A stretch of 62,505 bases of DNA, counting the filler, from an uncultured Myxococcia bacterium (GTDB lineage: Bacteria; CAZTWC01), in the NCBI GenBank assembly GCA_964617105.1. It is 19 parts of 19 records of this genome, joined end to end, with 100 filler letters (N's around TTAATTAATTAA, not from the genome) between each part and the next. Parts side by side here need not be neighbours in the genome. Positions count along the whole stretch, not along the records: positions 36,932 to 40,101 come from CAZTWC010000375.1; positions 40,202 to 43,370 come from CAZTWC010000376.1; positions 43,471 to 46,620 come from CAZTWC010000377.1; positions 46,721 to 49,869 come from CAZTWC010000378.1; 15 more parts are not named here. One strand, 5' to 3'. Below are positions 36,932 to 48,797 of this stretch, piece after piece; position 1 is the stretch's first letter, and each line of letters opens with the position of its first letter. The notes beneath the pieces are model-generated. The model did no database searches. It worked only from the letters and a program-made list of their open reading frames with translations, and had not been told where the DNA came from. The position numbers and the translations under genes are program-made.

Positions 36932-39900
36932 CCTGGATTTAGATAATTTATGGCCAGCAACCGGTTATTTCCCAGGGTGTAGACCACATTGTCTTCACCA
37001 ATCAGGGGGGATGAATTTTGGGGTTGATGGGGTTGATGATAATCAATTAAGGCGCCAAATTTTCCCTGTTGGTCTCTGGGCAGCATATAGAGGACCGAAG
37101 AGTTAGGCCAATTTACAGTAAAGAAGGCAGAACCATTTTTATCAATCGTGGGAACCGAAAAGATATTGCTTTTATGGCCGCCGGCACTAAAATTATTATG
37201 ATGATGTATACATCCGTATGGGTCGTCTATTTGGCCTGGTACTACGTTACAGTCCAGGAAGCCTTGGATATCTGTTTCACATTTTACGACGCCGATAGAA
37301 AAATCCCGGTCACCCTGGCTGCACTTGCTGTCATCCAGCACATAAAAGATGTTGTCCATAGCGCCAAAATATACCAGATCGCGTCCGTCTGAGGTGCGGT
37401 GAACAGTTATTCCTTCAGTGGTACGGCGGTAGTAAAGTTCACTGCTGTAACCGGTTTTGAAGCGCCACTTCAAGGTGCCATCCGGATTGATAGCATAGAT
37501 ATATCCCTCAAAACTTCCGGTATAAATGGTGCCATCACTGCCAATAGCTGCCTGACCCCGGTGACCTCCGTAATATCCGGTGTTGCCGTCTGGATTTGTT
37601 TCCCAGACTTTACAGCCGGTCATATCGTGTAAGGGGTCAATACTCTCCAATCCGTTGCCCTGACAAAAGTGGTCAGCCAGAAAAAAGAGAGGGCCGCAGG
37701 CTTCAGTGAGATAAATAGATCCGTTAGCCATGGTGATGGGCGAAGCGGGGTTGTAAGAGCCGCAGCCGGTGCTGATCTGCCAGGATACCGTGCCAAATTC
37801 CTGGTTAATAGCAAAAGTATGGCTTTTGGAGTCGTACATATTTGACATCAAATACAAGTTATTGGTTATAGCCGATCCAATGGTGGGCGTATGGTTAAAG
37901 ACCAGATTTGGGGCGATTTTATTTTCCCACTTAATAGGATTTTGCCGGTCATTCAGGTTTACAGCCATTACCCAGGCATGTCCATCTCCCTGGGCGGTAA
38001 GATAGGCTACCTGGTGTTCCCCCACTGCTGGCCCCGAAGTGATCTGGCGGCTGATATCCACGTACCAGTTGAAGTTACCCTGGGGATCAAAAGAGTAGAG
38101 CCGGTGCTGGTTTTTGCCTTCGTTGTTGGCGGAGATAAGCAGGTTACCGGCAGAATCCTGGGCCAGGTTGCCTACGATAGAGCCCATCTGGTCATTGGGA
38201 TCATTGGGCTGGCCAAGGCGCGACCAGCGAAGCGTGCCGTTTTTAAAGCAACTATTTTGGTAACAGTACCAATCGGTTTGGCAATGACTGTCATCACTGC
38301 AACTGGTGTGGCAGGCCCAACCTTCTGGTTTACAGGCGTAACCGCCAGCGCATAAATTTTCATCGGTTTGGCCATCGCAGTCATTATCCGCGTTGTCACA
38401 CTTGGTTCCTTCGTCGGTAGATTCACAGAGCGAGGTGTGCAGTCCGGAAATCGGCCCGCCATCCTGGTTTGTGACCCGTAGGGAAAAGCCCCATCCGCCT
38501 TCAAATTCTACTACCTTTACTACCAGCCGGTATTTAATTCCCGCTACCAAATTCACTTTAGTATATTCACTGTCAATACCATGGGAGCGGGCGCCGTCGT
38601 ATTCCATTATTTGACTGCCGTTGAGCCAGATTTTGATGCTATCGTCAGAACCGCTGCGAAAATATACATCTTTAGTTTCATCAACCCACAGATATAAATA
38701 GGCATAGGCCACGCTGTTGGTATGATCGCCATAATAGTTGTCAAAATATATGATCCCATCGTATTGGTCATCATTGCTGCCGGGTATGCTGTCATCGTAA
38801 CTTGTCCATTTTAAATTGCCCTGATCCGGGTGGTTCATGTTGTGATAGGCAAAGAAATCGGTGCCCTCCTGGGTGATATACTTCTTATTGTGAGCCGCAT
38901 CCCTTTCAGAGGCGGGAAAATTTATTGGTCCCAAAAGCAGCCATTGAGACAAAAAGGTGGAGATAGGGCGGGGACACCCCTCATCAGTTTTACCGTCACA
39001 GTCATTGTCGTGATTATCTCCACATAGACTGGGATTTGATCCGGGCGCCAGTTCCATTTCCTGAAAAAATCGTACGCCACTATAATCGGGTTCCTGCCAG
39101 TCCTGAGCACCCTGGCAAATTTTTTCGACACCCTGGCACACTCCCTGTTGGTTGTCGGCCAGAGGTGGCGTCAGGTTTTCGTCAGTAAGTCCATTGCAAT
39201 CGTCATCCACCCCATTGCAGTTTTCCTGGCCTGCAGCATGGCAACAGAGATTGCTGTTCGGGTTACAGATAGTGCTTGCACATTCCCATGACTCCTGACA
39301 ACTCTCCCCATTGTTTTTAAGTTTTTGACACTTAAAGTCATGGCAGGTAGAGCCTTCTGCGCAATCCTGAGGTTTACTGCAGCAAAGCCCTTCCTGGCAG
39401 CAAAAATTGTTGCAATGAGCGCTTTGGCAGGCATAATGGCGGCTGCATTTATCTCCATTTGGCAATTTGTTTTGGCAGATTTTGCTGTCTGAGCAAAAAG
39501 CATTGGACTTGCAGTTATCATCACTGGTGCATTGGGCCGGGCAGGCGATTGTTTTAGGCTGCTCTTTTTGGCCGGTGCAATAAACATCTTTGTAAGACCC
39601 GCATTCCAGGGCTTTGATATCAAGACCGCAGGCGGTGTCGTCCTGTTCAGAGGAATATTTACAGGTATAATCCAGGCAGACGGGCAGTTCTACCTCTCCC
39701 TGGCAGGTTTGGGTACTATTACATTTCCATCTTTTTTTATAAGAGGCAGGACAGTCAGCAACCTTGACACAGCAATCACCAGATAAGCAGCAAAAATCGT
39801 TTTGACAGTGTTTGCTCTTACATTGGTGGGAGCCATTTGGATCGATATCATCTCCGCTACACTGGCTGCCGTTTTCCTTGAGGGATAGGCACAGACCAGT

Positions 39901-40101
39901 TGAAGTGCTGCAATAAAATCCATCTTGGCAATGGGTATCGGCAGAACAACTGGTATAGCAGCCGCCACCGTCTGAACGACAGGTAAAATGGTTGGGACAA
40001 TCCAAATCGCCGTTATCTACCTGACCATCGCAGTCATTGTCTTTTCCGTCGCATATTTCATCTTGCGGCTGGCCTGGCTGGCCCTGGCATACTGCTTTAT
40101 C
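36932..40101 (-). CDS. Large extracellular protein: Cys-rich repeats, PA14-like domain, PQQ-type beta-propeller; partial at both ends
   Basis: Frame open across the whole contig; CDGKDNDCDG repeats; GSDDSIKIWLNG; AAIGSDGTIYTGSFEGYIYAINPDGTLKW. Confidence 0.85.
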
Positions 40102-40201
40102 NNNNNNNNNNNNNNNNNNNNNNNNNNNNNNNNNNNNNNNNNNNNTTAATTAATTAANNNNNNNNNNNNNNNNNNNNNNNNNNNNNNNNNNNNNNNNNNN
40201 N

Positions 40202-40342
40202 GGTGGTGGAGATTCGGTGGCGGCCATTAACAAGTTTGGTCTGGCCGACAAATTTTTCTTTGTTTCCACTGGAGGCGGGGCATCGCTTAAGTTTATTGAA
40301 AGCGGTCACCTGGTTGGGTTGACAGCATTGCAGGAAAAATAG
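40202..40342 (+). CDS. pgk: Phosphoglycerate kinase C-terminus, 5'-partial
   Basis: GGGDSVAAI...VSTGGGASL; directly upstream of tpiA (not in the ORF track). Confidence 0.92.
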   Translation, partial: GGGDSVAAINKFGLADKFFFVSTGGGASLKFIESGHLVGLTALQEK

Positions 40343-40375
40343 TATAATAATTCATTTATATTAAGAGGTAAACAC

Positions 40376-41137
40376 ATGCGCGTACCACTTTTAGCAGGCA
40401 ACTGGAAAATGCACGGCAACCTGGATGATGCACGTAACCTGGCTCAAAGCCTGGTTGACAATTGTACTGATGTAGGCGACCGGGAGATTGTTATCTCCCC
40501 GCCCTATACCGCCCTGGAATCGGTAAAGGCAATAACTGCCGGCAGCCCGGTTAAAATAGCGGGTCAAAACATGCACTGGTCCTCTTCCGGCGCCTATACT
40601 GGGGAGATATCACCATTGATGTTAAAAGACCTGGGTTGCCCTTATGTGATTTTAGGCCATTCGGAGCGGCGGCAGTATTTCAGCGAAGATGACAGCCTGA
40701 TCAATAAAAAGGTACACTCTGCCCTGGAGCACGAACTGGTGCCTATCCTTTGTGTAGGGGAAACTCTGCAGGAACGGGAAACCAACCGCACCAATTTGGT
40801 GCTGGAAAAACAGATTCGGGGAGGACTGAAGGGAGTATCTGTTACAGATCCGGCCAAAATTGTGGTGGCTTATGAGCCGGTATGGGCCATTGGGACCGGT
40901 AAAACTGCTAAAAGTGAGCAGGCTCAAGAAGTTCATTGTTTTATCAGAGGCTTACTGAATGATATCCTGGGGACTGATATGGCGGTTAAAATCAGGATCC
41001 TTTATGGTGGAAGTGTCAAGCCTGACAATGTAGATGAATTAATGAACCAGCCGGATATTGATGGCACACTGGTGGGAGGGGCTTCGTTAAAAGCGGAATC
41101 TTTTTTGCGGATTATCAAGTTTGTGCCTGTAAAATAG
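40376..41137 (+). CDS. tpiA: Triosephosphate isomerase
   Basis: AGNWKMH, LGHSERR, AYEPVWAIGTG, YGGSV, LVGGASL. Confidence 0.98.
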   Translation: MRVPLLAGNWKMHGNLDDARNLAQSLVDNCTDVGDREIVISPPYTALESVKAITAGSPVKIAGQNMHWSSSGAYTGEISPLMLKDLGCPYVILGHSERRQYFSEDDSLINKKVHSALEHELVPILCVGETLQERETNRTNLVLEKQIRGGLKGVSVTDPAKIVVAYEPVWAIGTGKTAKSEQAQEVHCFIRGLLNDILGTDMAVKIRILYGGSVKPDNVDELMNQPDIDGTLVGGASLKAESFLRIIKFVPVK

Positions 41138-41180
41138 TTTTAGATCCCTTTTTTTTTGGTGTTTGGGAGGTTGTTTATAA

Positions 41181-41660
41181 ATGTTTACTTTGTTTATAGT
41201 TTTACATGTGTGTATTTGTATATTTTTGGTGTTGATAGTTCTTTTACAGCCCGGCAAAGGAGGTATGGGAGCAGCCTTTGGCGGCGGTTCCAGCCAGGCC
41301 ATCCTGGGCTCCAGAGGGGCGGCCCCGCTTTTAAGTAAATTAACTACCGGTTTGGCCATCGCTTTTATGCTCAGTTCTGTTCTATTAGCCTATATGAGCA
41401 GTAGCAAAAAATCGGTAATGGAAGGGATGGGTAGTATTCCTGCAGCGCAGGAACAAAAAAATGACGACCAAACGGAACCTGCCGCAGGTTCTGTTGGCGA
41501 AACTAAGGGTGAAACTGGGAATTTACCAGAAAAAGCCGATACTCCAGTTCCGACAGAGGGAGCAGAGCCTGTTCCGGAAAAGGCACCAGAAGCAAAAGCA
41601 GAAGATAAACCTGCCTCACCGTCCACCGAGTCCATGGAGGACAAAAACAATGAGAAGTAA
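41181..41660 (+). CDS. secG: Preprotein translocase subunit SecG with long polar tail
   Basis: VLLQPGKGGMGAAFGGGSSQ...LSKLT; follows tpiA. Confidence 0.93.
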   Translation: MFTLFIVLHVCICIFLVLIVLLQPGKGGMGAAFGGGSSQAILGSRGAAPLLSKLTTGLAIAFMLSSVLLAYMSSSKKSVMEGMGSIPAAQEQKNDDQTEPAAGSVGETKGETGNLPEKADTPVPTEGAEPVPEKAPEAKAEDKPASPSTESMEDKNNEK

Positions 41661-42411
41661 TTTCGGGCGCGGGTTTCACAATAAACTATTTTTTGTGGTG
41701 CCAATGCTGGTGGTGTTTTCTTTCTTTTTTATGGCTAGTTATGATGTTCAGGGAAAAAAAGTTGAAGCCTCCGAACACCTGGCATTAGGGGTGGTTGCCC
41801 CCAATTTTATTGCCAGAACACTAAACTCAAAAGTTTGCAATATCCGGCAATATATATTGGAAGATTATGTGGGGCAAGAGGCCAGCACCCCTCAAAAACT
41901 ATTGGTGATTAGTTTTTTTGCTACCTACTGTAAACCATGTATCAGGGAGTTGCCTTTTCTAAATGCGCTTTACGAGAAGTATAAACAAGCAGGTTTGCAG
42001 GTGGTGAGTATCAGCGTAGATAAAAACAAGGTAGATCAGCAGAAGGTAAGTGCTTTAATTAAGGAGAAGGGGGTAAAATTTCCAGTGGTAAAAGATCCCT
42101 ATAATTTAATTATGAAACGCTATGCGGTAAAAAGATTACCTGCTGTATACATGGTCAATTCTGAGGGTGAAGTATCCTTTGTTAATATTGGTTATAATAA
42201 AAACGCCGGAAAAAAATTGCTAATTACCTTACAGGAAAAATTAGGGTTGCCAAAAGATGAGCAGGCAGTGCACATGCCGGAATTCCAAGAGGATGAAAAA
42301 ATCAGCGTTGAAATAAAAGGGGATAAAACCAAGGTTCTAAAAAAAAGTAAAGATAGTAAAGCCAAGAACTCAAAGAAGGCCAAACCGTCTAATACCTCCC
42401 CAAAAAAATAG
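41650..42411 (+). CDS. TlpA-like thioredoxin-fold disulfide reductase
   Basis: APNF, SFFATYCKPCIRELPFL; likely start ATG 41650 with N-terminal TM. Confidence 0.85.
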   Translation: MRSNFGRGFHNKLFFVVPMLVVFSFFFMASYDVQGKKVEASEHLALGVVAPNFIARTLNSKVCNIRQYILEDYVGQEASTPQKLLVISFFATYCKPCIRELPFLNALYEKYKQAGLQVVSISVDKNKVDQQKVSALIKEKGVKFPVVKDPYNLIMKRYAVKRLPAVYMVNSEGEVSFVNIGYNKNAGKKLLITLQEKLGLPKDEQAVHMPEFQEDEKISVEIKGDKTKVLKKSKDSKAKNSKKAKPSNTSPKK

Positions 42412-42439
42412 AAAATAGTGGTTAAAAGAGGAGATCTCA

Positions 42440-42973
42440 ATGATTGAACAGCGTTTAAAGAAAATTGTTTTATGTCTAGTGATCGGCGTTTTTTATTTAA
42501 CCGCATTTTCTAATATTTTTGCCGAAGAGAAAGGTAAGAAAAATGAGCCGGGCAAGGCCAAGGCAAAGATGAAGATTGCGGTAAATGAACTAAAAGCACT
42601 GCAGGTTGACCCCAGTATTCCCCAGTTATTGACCAATCAAATCTGCTCAGAATTGGCCTCTATGGGTAAACATGACGTGGTGTGCGCAGATGATATAAAG
42701 ATGATTCTCAAGCACCAGTCGGAATTAATCAAGTTCGGTAATTGCCAAGACGGAGATTGCCTGAAGCAGATGGGTAATTTGTTGAATGCAGACAAGTTTA
42801 TAACTGGAAGTGTGGGCAAAATTGGAAAAGTTTTTGTGTTAAATCTGAATCTTTTAAATGCCCAAACCGCCTTGGTTGAAAAGCGAACCAGCCAAAAAGT
42901 CAAAGGAGATATTTCCGGACTGCTTGACAAGATAAACCCGTCCATAAAAGCCCTTCTTCCATCGGTTAAATAG
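42440..42973 (+). CDS. Exported protein with a TolB-N/CsgG-like domain
   Basis: Signal peptide; KIAVNEL, C..GDCL..MGNLLNAD..ITGSVGKIG. Confidence 0.6.
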   Translation: MIEQRLKKIVLCLVIGVFYLTAFSNIFAEEKGKKNEPGKAKAKMKIAVNELKALQVDPSIPQLLTNQICSELASMGKHDVVCADDIKMILKHQSELIKFGNCQDGDCLKQMGNLLNADKFITGSVGKIGKVFVLNLNLLNAQTALVEKRTSQKVKGDISGLLDKINPSIKALLPSVK

Positions 42974-42976
42974 TTT

Positions 42977-43370
42977 TTGGATAACAAAATCAATATGGAC
43001 ACAACCCTTTCCAACAACAAGATATGTATCATTGAAGATGAGATTCCTCTGTTAGAATTATATAAGGAGCACTTCGAGGTACAGGGATTTGATGTTGTAA
43101 CCGCCACAGATGGCAACGAAGGCTGGGAGGTTATAAAGAGGGAGCGTCCTGCTATTGTTATTTCCGATAACATGATGCCGGGAATGGATGGGCTGACTCT
43201 GTGTAAAAAGATAAAGCAAGATGTAAATGTCAGTTATGTTTACTTTATTCTTTTAACTGCCTGGGGCGGAACCGATATGAAAATTAACGCCCTTAAAAGC
43301 GGTGCTGACCGTTACTTGTCAAAACCTATCACTTTAAAGGAATTGCATGCAGAAGTAATCTCTTTTATAA
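42977..43370 (+). CDS. Response regulator, 3'-partial
   Basis: IIEDE, SDNMMPGMDG, LLTA, GADRYLSKP. Confidence 0.9.
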
Positions 43371-43472
43371 NNNNNNNNNNNNNNNNNNNNNNNNNNNNNN
43401 NNNNNNNNNNNNNNTTAATTAATTAANNNNNNNNNNNNNNNNNNNNNNNNNNNNNNNNNNNNNNNNNNNNTA

Positions 43473-45779
43473 TATGGCCAATACATCAAAAAACTGACCA
43501 ACGATTATTGGTTTTATCAGAGAAGTCTGCCAGGTGACAAAGTTTTACTGCCTTTGGTTCGCCTGAGTTTTGATTATGATGGTGTCGAGGCTGTATATAC
43601 AAGCAGGGCGCCGGAAAGGTTGGAAAAATACAGTGACGGAATATTTCGTTCCATACAGCGAAACCGGCAGGTGGAATCTACTGCCAGGGAAAAATTGTTA
43701 TTAGCAGGATTTCTCCCTCTGGGCGAATTCCATGATTATTCACCGACTGCCGCCAAAAAACAGGAGATGCTGATCTCTGACTGGAGTGATGATAGCAACA
43801 GCAGTAAAATGTTGCTCCACTTTCATCTTAACACTTTGCCTCAATTGCAAAAAAAAGGCTGGAAAATAAAGATGGATAAAAGTTATCCATTTCAGGTGAT
43901 CGAACAATCTGACCAATGGTATGGTGAAATTGACAGCGAATCAGGTGTTGATTGGTTTGGAGTGGAGTTGGGCATATTGGTGGGAGAGGAGAAAATCAAC
44001 CTTTTACCTATCCTGATCAACCTTTTACACCATTCCCGCGATAAATTCGAACCACATATTCTCGATTCAATGCCTCCTGAAACTCTTCTTCCCATTCAAC
44101 TGCAAGATGACCGTATCCTCCCCATTAAGGTGCAGCGGCTTAAAGTCATTTTAAATACCTTGTTGGAACTATTCGATCCTCATGCCTTAGATATTGATGA
44201 AAAACTGAAACTGTCAGCCGGCCGGTCAATGCAGTTGGCCGATTTGGAGGCTGAAATAGACTCCAACCTGGAATGGTTTAAAGGTGAACATCTGGTGGAA
44301 ATAGGGCGACGACTGAAAACCTTTAAAGGGATCAAAAATGTGCCGCCTTCCCCACAGTTAAAGGCCGATTTGCGGCATTATCAGCAGCAGGGACTGAATT
44401 GGCTGCAGTTTTTGCGGGATTATCGGCTAAACGGTATTTTGGCGGATGATATGGGACTGGGCAAAACAGTTCAAACTCTGGCCTACATATTGACCGAAAA
44501 GGAGAGCGGCCGGCTGGATGAACCGGCCCTGGTTGTGGCTCCAACCAGTTTAATGACAAATTGGTGCAGAGAGGCACAGCGCTTTACCCCCAGCCTGAAA
44601 GTCTTGCTCCTCTATGGGCCTTACCGTAAAAAGGATTTTGTCAACATAGATAAGCACGATATCATTATAACCACCTATAATCTTTTGACTCGCGACTATA
44701 AAGAGATCTCAAAATTTGTTTTTCACCTGGCAATTTTGGACGAAGCCCAGGCTATTAAAAATCCAAAGACCAAAATGTCCAAAGCGGTCCGCCTGATAAG
44801 GGCTGACCACAAGTTATGTCTTACCGGCACACCAATGGAAAATCATCTGGGTGAATTGTGGTCGTTATTCGATTTTTTGCAGCCCGGTTTTTTGGGCCAT
44901 AGCAGGTTTTTCAAACAGATATTCAGAACTCCAATTGAAAAGTATGGCAATTTGGAGCGGCAGGAGCAATTAGCGCAAAGGGTGCATCCTTTTATGCTAC
45001 GCCGCACCAAAGAGGAAGTGGCCAAAGATTTGCCGGCCAAGACAGAGATACAAAAAGTGGTTGAACTCAAGGGAAGTCAGCGTGATCTTTATGAAAGCAT
45101 CCGGTTGACCATGCATGAAAAAATAAAGCAGGCTGTGGCAGAAAAGGGGATGAAAAAATGCGCTATTATCATTTTGGACGCCTTGCTGAAATTGCGGCAG
45201 GTTTGCTGTGACCCCGGACTGCTCTCCATAGATGCCGCCAAAAATGTTAACGAAAGTGTCAAATTGGAATTTTTGACCAAGATAGTGTCGCAAATGCTTG
45301 GGGCAGGCCGGCGGATTTTACTCTTTTCGCAGTTTACCAGTATGCTTAAGTTAATCGAGGATCAATTGGTAGATCAAAATATCGATTATGTTAAATTAAC
45401 CGGCCAAACCAGAAATCGAGCCAAACCAATCGATAAGTTCCAATCTAACCAGGTGCCACTTTTTCTGATCAGTTTAAAAGCCGGTGGAAAAGGGCTCAAT
45501 CTTACTGCAGCCGATACTGTTATCCATTACGACCCCTGGTGGAATCCGGCAGTAGAGGACCAGGCCACCGACCGTGCCCACCGTATCGGCCAAGATAAAC
45601 CGGTATTTGTCTACAAACTGATCACTGCCAACACAGTTGAAGAAAAGATGCTCCAATTACAACAAAAAAAACGAGACTTGGCACAAGGGATATTTCATCA
45701 AAAAGAGCACGGGAAATTCAGCCTGGAACCGGAAGACCTGGAGGTGTTATTTGAGCCCCTTTCTGGGCAGGTAAAATGA
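43473..45779 (+). CDS. SNF2-family helicase/ATPase, 5'-partial
   Basis: LRHYQQQG, LADDMGLGKT, DEAQ, LTGTPMEN, LRRTK, FSQF, SLKAGG, QATDRAHRIGQ. Confidence 0.95.
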   Translation, partial: YGQYIKKLTNDYWFYQRSLPGDKVLLPLVRLSFDYDGVEAVYTSRAPERLEKYSDGIFRSIQRNRQVESTAREKLLLAGFLPLGEFHDYSPTAAKKQEMLISDWSDDSNSSKMLLHFHLNTLPQLQKKGWKIKMDKSYPFQVIEQSDQWYGEIDSESGVDWFGVELGILVGEEKINLLPILINLLHHSRDKFEPHILDSMPPETLLPIQLQDDRILPIKVQRLKVILNTLLELFDPHALDIDEKLKLSAGRSMQLADLEAEIDSNLEWFKGEHLVEIGRRLKTFKGIKNVPPSPQLKADLRHYQQQGLNWLQFLRDYRLNGILADDMGLGKTVQTLAYILTEKESGRLDEPALVVAPTSLMTNWCREAQRFTPSLKVLLLYGPYRKKDFVNIDKHDIIITTYNLLTRDYKEISKFVFHLAILDEAQAIKNPKTKMSKAVRLIRADHKLCLTGTPMENHLGELWSLFDFLQPGFLGHSRFFKQIFRTPIEKYGNLERQEQLAQRVHPFMLRRTKEEVAKDLPAKTEIQKVVELKGSQRDLYESIRLTMHEKIKQAVAEKGMKKCAIIILDALLKLRQVCCDPGLLSIDAAKNVNESVKLEFLTKIVSQMLGAGRRILLFSQFTSMLKLIEDQLVDQNIDYVKLTGQTRNRAKPIDKFQSNQVPLFLISLKAGGKGLNLTAADTVIHYDPWWNPAVEDQATDRAHRIGQDKPVFVYKLITANTVEEKMLQLQQKKRDLAQGIFHQKEHGKFSLEPEDLEVLFEPLSGQVK

Positions 45780-45840
45780 TGGTTCAAGAAAAAAGTAAGA
45801 TCAAGAAGTTCGAAGTAAAACAAAAAAAGAGAGGTCTATT

Positions 45841-46620
45841 TTGAAAGTTGGAAGGAATTCTCCCTGCCCTTGTGGTAGCGGAAAGAAATATAAAAAGTGC
45901 TGTTTGGCCAGAGATGAAGAAGAAAAATTGGCCAGTCAATCAGAGACAAATAAGATAGAACTTGAAGAAGAAGATGATGATGAATTTGCAGAGTCCGATT
46001 TGGAGGTTTACGATGAAGAACAGGAAAAAATATGGTGTGAGTTCAAAAATAAAAAACTGACTGATAAATTAACTCATTTTTCCACATTGATGAATAATGC
46101 TCAGGTAACAGGACCTGATATGGCCTTTAAAATGGTTCAAGAAATTTATCATGAAACTGCAGAACAAGAAGAACGTTTAAAGTTTAATGAAATAGTTGAC
46201 AAGTTGAGCGAAAAATGCCCCGATATCTATGGCCATGACGCTCCTTTTTATCTGAATTGGTATATCAGCAATCTGCAGGCTGAAGGTCAGATTGATAAAA
46301 TAACCCCTAAATTTATTGAACTTTCCGAGTTGGCGGGAGAGGAACCTGATATTTTTGACGATACTGTAGAAAGACTGTTATATTATGGCCATTTAACAGC
46401 GTTGGCCAAAGGAATACCGATTGCGTATAATTGTATGAAAGACTCAAATGCGATAACCCCTTACGGATTGGACGAGATTGCTTTAAGGGCAAGTCAAATT
46501 GAAGTATATGATTATTTAATGGCTAACGAATTTCATCAGATAGATTACTCAGAATTGTATTGTAGGTCTTCTAAATACAAAGAGTCCCAAAATAATGAAG
46601 ATAAACAGATCTTTCAAAAA
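45841..46620 (+). CDS. SEC-C motif protein, 3'-partial
   Basis: [23 protein letters not shown] start with RBS GAGGT. Confidence 0.85.
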
Positions 46621-46720
46621 NNNNNNNNNNNNNNNNNNNNNNNNNNNNNNNNNNNNNNNNNNNNTTAATTAATTAANNNNNNNNNNNNNNNNNNNNNNNN
46701 NNNNNNNNNNNNNNNNNNNN

Positions 46721-48682
46721 CCCGGGATTACCACCATAACGGAGGGGCGCTCAGCCTATATCGTCCGCGGTAGCGGTATTGATATGAACCTGATTCTCAT
46801 GGACGGCATACCGCTATATTATACCTCTCATATGAGCGGGCTGTTCTCCATTTTCAATTCAGATGCGGTAAAAAAACTCGTTATTTACAAGGGTGGGATT
46901 CCGGCTAATTACGGCGGCCGTTCAGCCTCTGTTTTAGACGTTACCATGGGGGGTGACCAAGTCGATGAGTTTCATGCCAAACTTTCAGCCGGCCTGATAA
47001 CCTCGAAACTTGCCCTGGAAATCCCGGTTTTAAAAAACAAACTAACCGCCTTTTTGGCCGGCCGCTCATCCTATTTTAGCGTTGGCAAATTGCACGATAG
47101 AATGAAGGAAAAAGAAGGCGCTATGAGGGTTTCTTCAGGTATGCCCATGGCAAAAGCCTCACCCAATCAAGATTTCTATTTCTTCGGAACAGACGAATAC
47201 TGGTACGATGTCAATGGAAAACTTGTATGGAAAGTCAATGATGACAACACCCTTTATCTCACCGGGTTTTTCAGCCGAGACCAGGGTATTTTAATTGGCA
47301 TGACCAAATGGGGAAACCGTGCAGGTTCACTGCGCTTCAACCATCAATTCACACCCAAATTGCAATCTGATACCTCTATTATTTACAGTGAATATTATAC
47401 TGACAACAAGGCCGGCATTTATATCTTTCATTCCTGGATCAAAACCAGCGGCTTCAAACAGAAACTCTCCTGGTATCCGGTGGAAGATATGACCGTTACC
47501 TTCGGGGGTTCCATGGAATATCAAGATTTTAATCATGGAACATTAGAAGACACATCGGAAAGATTCGGAAAATTCATGCCTCCCATGCATTCCTTAGAGA
47601 ATGCTTTGTTTGCAGGAACAGAATACAAAATTTTACCGAGCCTCACCGCCTATTTTGGACTTCGCTATTCATTCTTCTATCAATTGGGCGCCGGAGACAG
47701 TTTCATCTTTGACGAGATTACCAATGAACCACTTAGCAGCAAGCCTTACTCTACCAATGAAGCGATGAAGTATTATCATAAGTACGAACCGCGGTTTTCC
47801 CTCTCCTATGTATTAAATAATCAGAGTTCTTTAAAATTTACCTATAACCGCAGCGCCCAGTACCTGAGGCTCATGACCAATAGCATGCAAGAAACCTGGT
47901 ACGACATCTGGATGCCTTGCACGCAGAATATCCCGCCCATGACCACCGACCAGGTGGCGCTGGGCTATTTTCTCGACTTATTCAATCACCAGTATCACTT
48001 TTCTGCAGAGACTTATTATAAAGACAGCCAGCATGCCGCTGATTTTGAAGATGGGCTGCATAATTACCTGGTGGACAATCTGGAAGCCTATGTGGCTACC
48101 GGCAAGGGACGGGCCTACGGACTGGAATTGATGTTCAAGAAGGCCAAAGGCCGGTTTAACGGCTGGATAAGTTATAGTGTAGGCCGCAGTGAAAATAAAA
48201 TAGATGTCATTAATAAAGGAGAGTGGTATCCCAGCAAGTTTGATAAAACCCATGACTTCACGGCCTTTATCAGTTACGAGCCCTTGAGTTACTACTTTCC
48301 AGGACATAAGCTATATATTTCAGCGCTTTTTCTCTATTCCACCGGAAATGCCATTACCCTTGCTGAGGGGTATTATTATGTCAGCGGAATACCCTTCCCC
48401 TATTGGGAGGGACGGAATAGATACCGCCTGCCCGCTTATCACCGGCTCGATTTTGGCCTGAAATATGAAACTCATGTCGGGAGAAATTTGAAGACCAGCC
48501 TGGAGTTGTCTTTCTACAATGTCTACAATCGTAGAAACGTAAACGCCATTGGCTACCGCCAGGGGGGCGGCAAAGTGGCAGGTCAGAAGGCAATAGTTGA
48601 TGGCGGCACCTCCGTATTTGAGCCCTATGGCTCCAGTTTTTATGGCTTTAGGCCGAGTTTCTTACTGACTGTTGAATACTAA
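46721..48682 (+). CDS. TonB-dependent receptor, 5'-partial
   Basis: Plug PGI...VRGSG...NLILMDG...YKGGIPANYGGR; barrel end RLPAYHRLD, YNVYNRRN, terminal Y. Confidence 0.9.
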   Translation, partial: PGITTITEGRSAYIVRGSGIDMNLILMDGIPLYYTSHMSGLFSIFNSDAVKKLVIYKGGIPANYGGRSASVLDVTMGGDQVDEFHAKLSAGLITSKLALEIPVLKNKLTAFLAGRSSYFSVGKLHDRMKEKEGAMRVSSGMPMAKASPNQDFYFFGTDEYWYDVNGKLVWKVNDDNTLYLTGFFSRDQGILIGMTKWGNRAGSLRFNHQFTPKLQSDTSIIYSEYYTDNKAGIYIFHSWIKTSGFKQKLSWYPVEDMTVTFGGSMEYQDFNHGTLEDTSERFGKFMPPMHSLENALFAGTEYKILPSLTAYFGLRYSFFYQLGAGDSFIFDEITNEPLSSKPYSTNEAMKYYHKYEPRFSLSYVLNNQSSLKFTYNRSAQYLRLMTNSMQETWYDIWMPCTQNIPPMTTDQVALGYFLDLFNHQYHFSAETYYKDSQHAADFEDGLHNYLVDNLEAYVATGKGRAYGLELMFKKAKGRFNGWISYSVGRSENKIDVINKGEWYPSKFDKTHDFTAFISYEPLSYYFPGHKLYISALFLYSTGNAITLAEGYYYVSGIPFPYWEGRNRYRLPAYHRLDFGLKYETHVGRNLKTSLELSFYNVYNRRNVNAIGYRQGGGKVAGQKAIVDGGTSVFEPYGSSFYGFRPSFLLTVEY

Positions 48683-48797
48683 GGGAGGGTGCAAGCCATG
48701 AATACAAATATATTTATAAAATTTGATCCAAATTCCAAGTTAAATTCCGATCAAAATATAGGCATAAAAACTGGCAGACTTTTTAGTAAACATCTAT

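Noticed and set aside
41461-41649. N-terminal extension of the TlpA ORF in the ORF track
   Set aside because: Overlaps secG in another frame; ATG 41650 after GGAGG is the better start.
41660-41700. tRNA-Leu often found after secG
   Set aside because: No cloverleaf or T-loop motif; the next CDS overlaps the secG stop.
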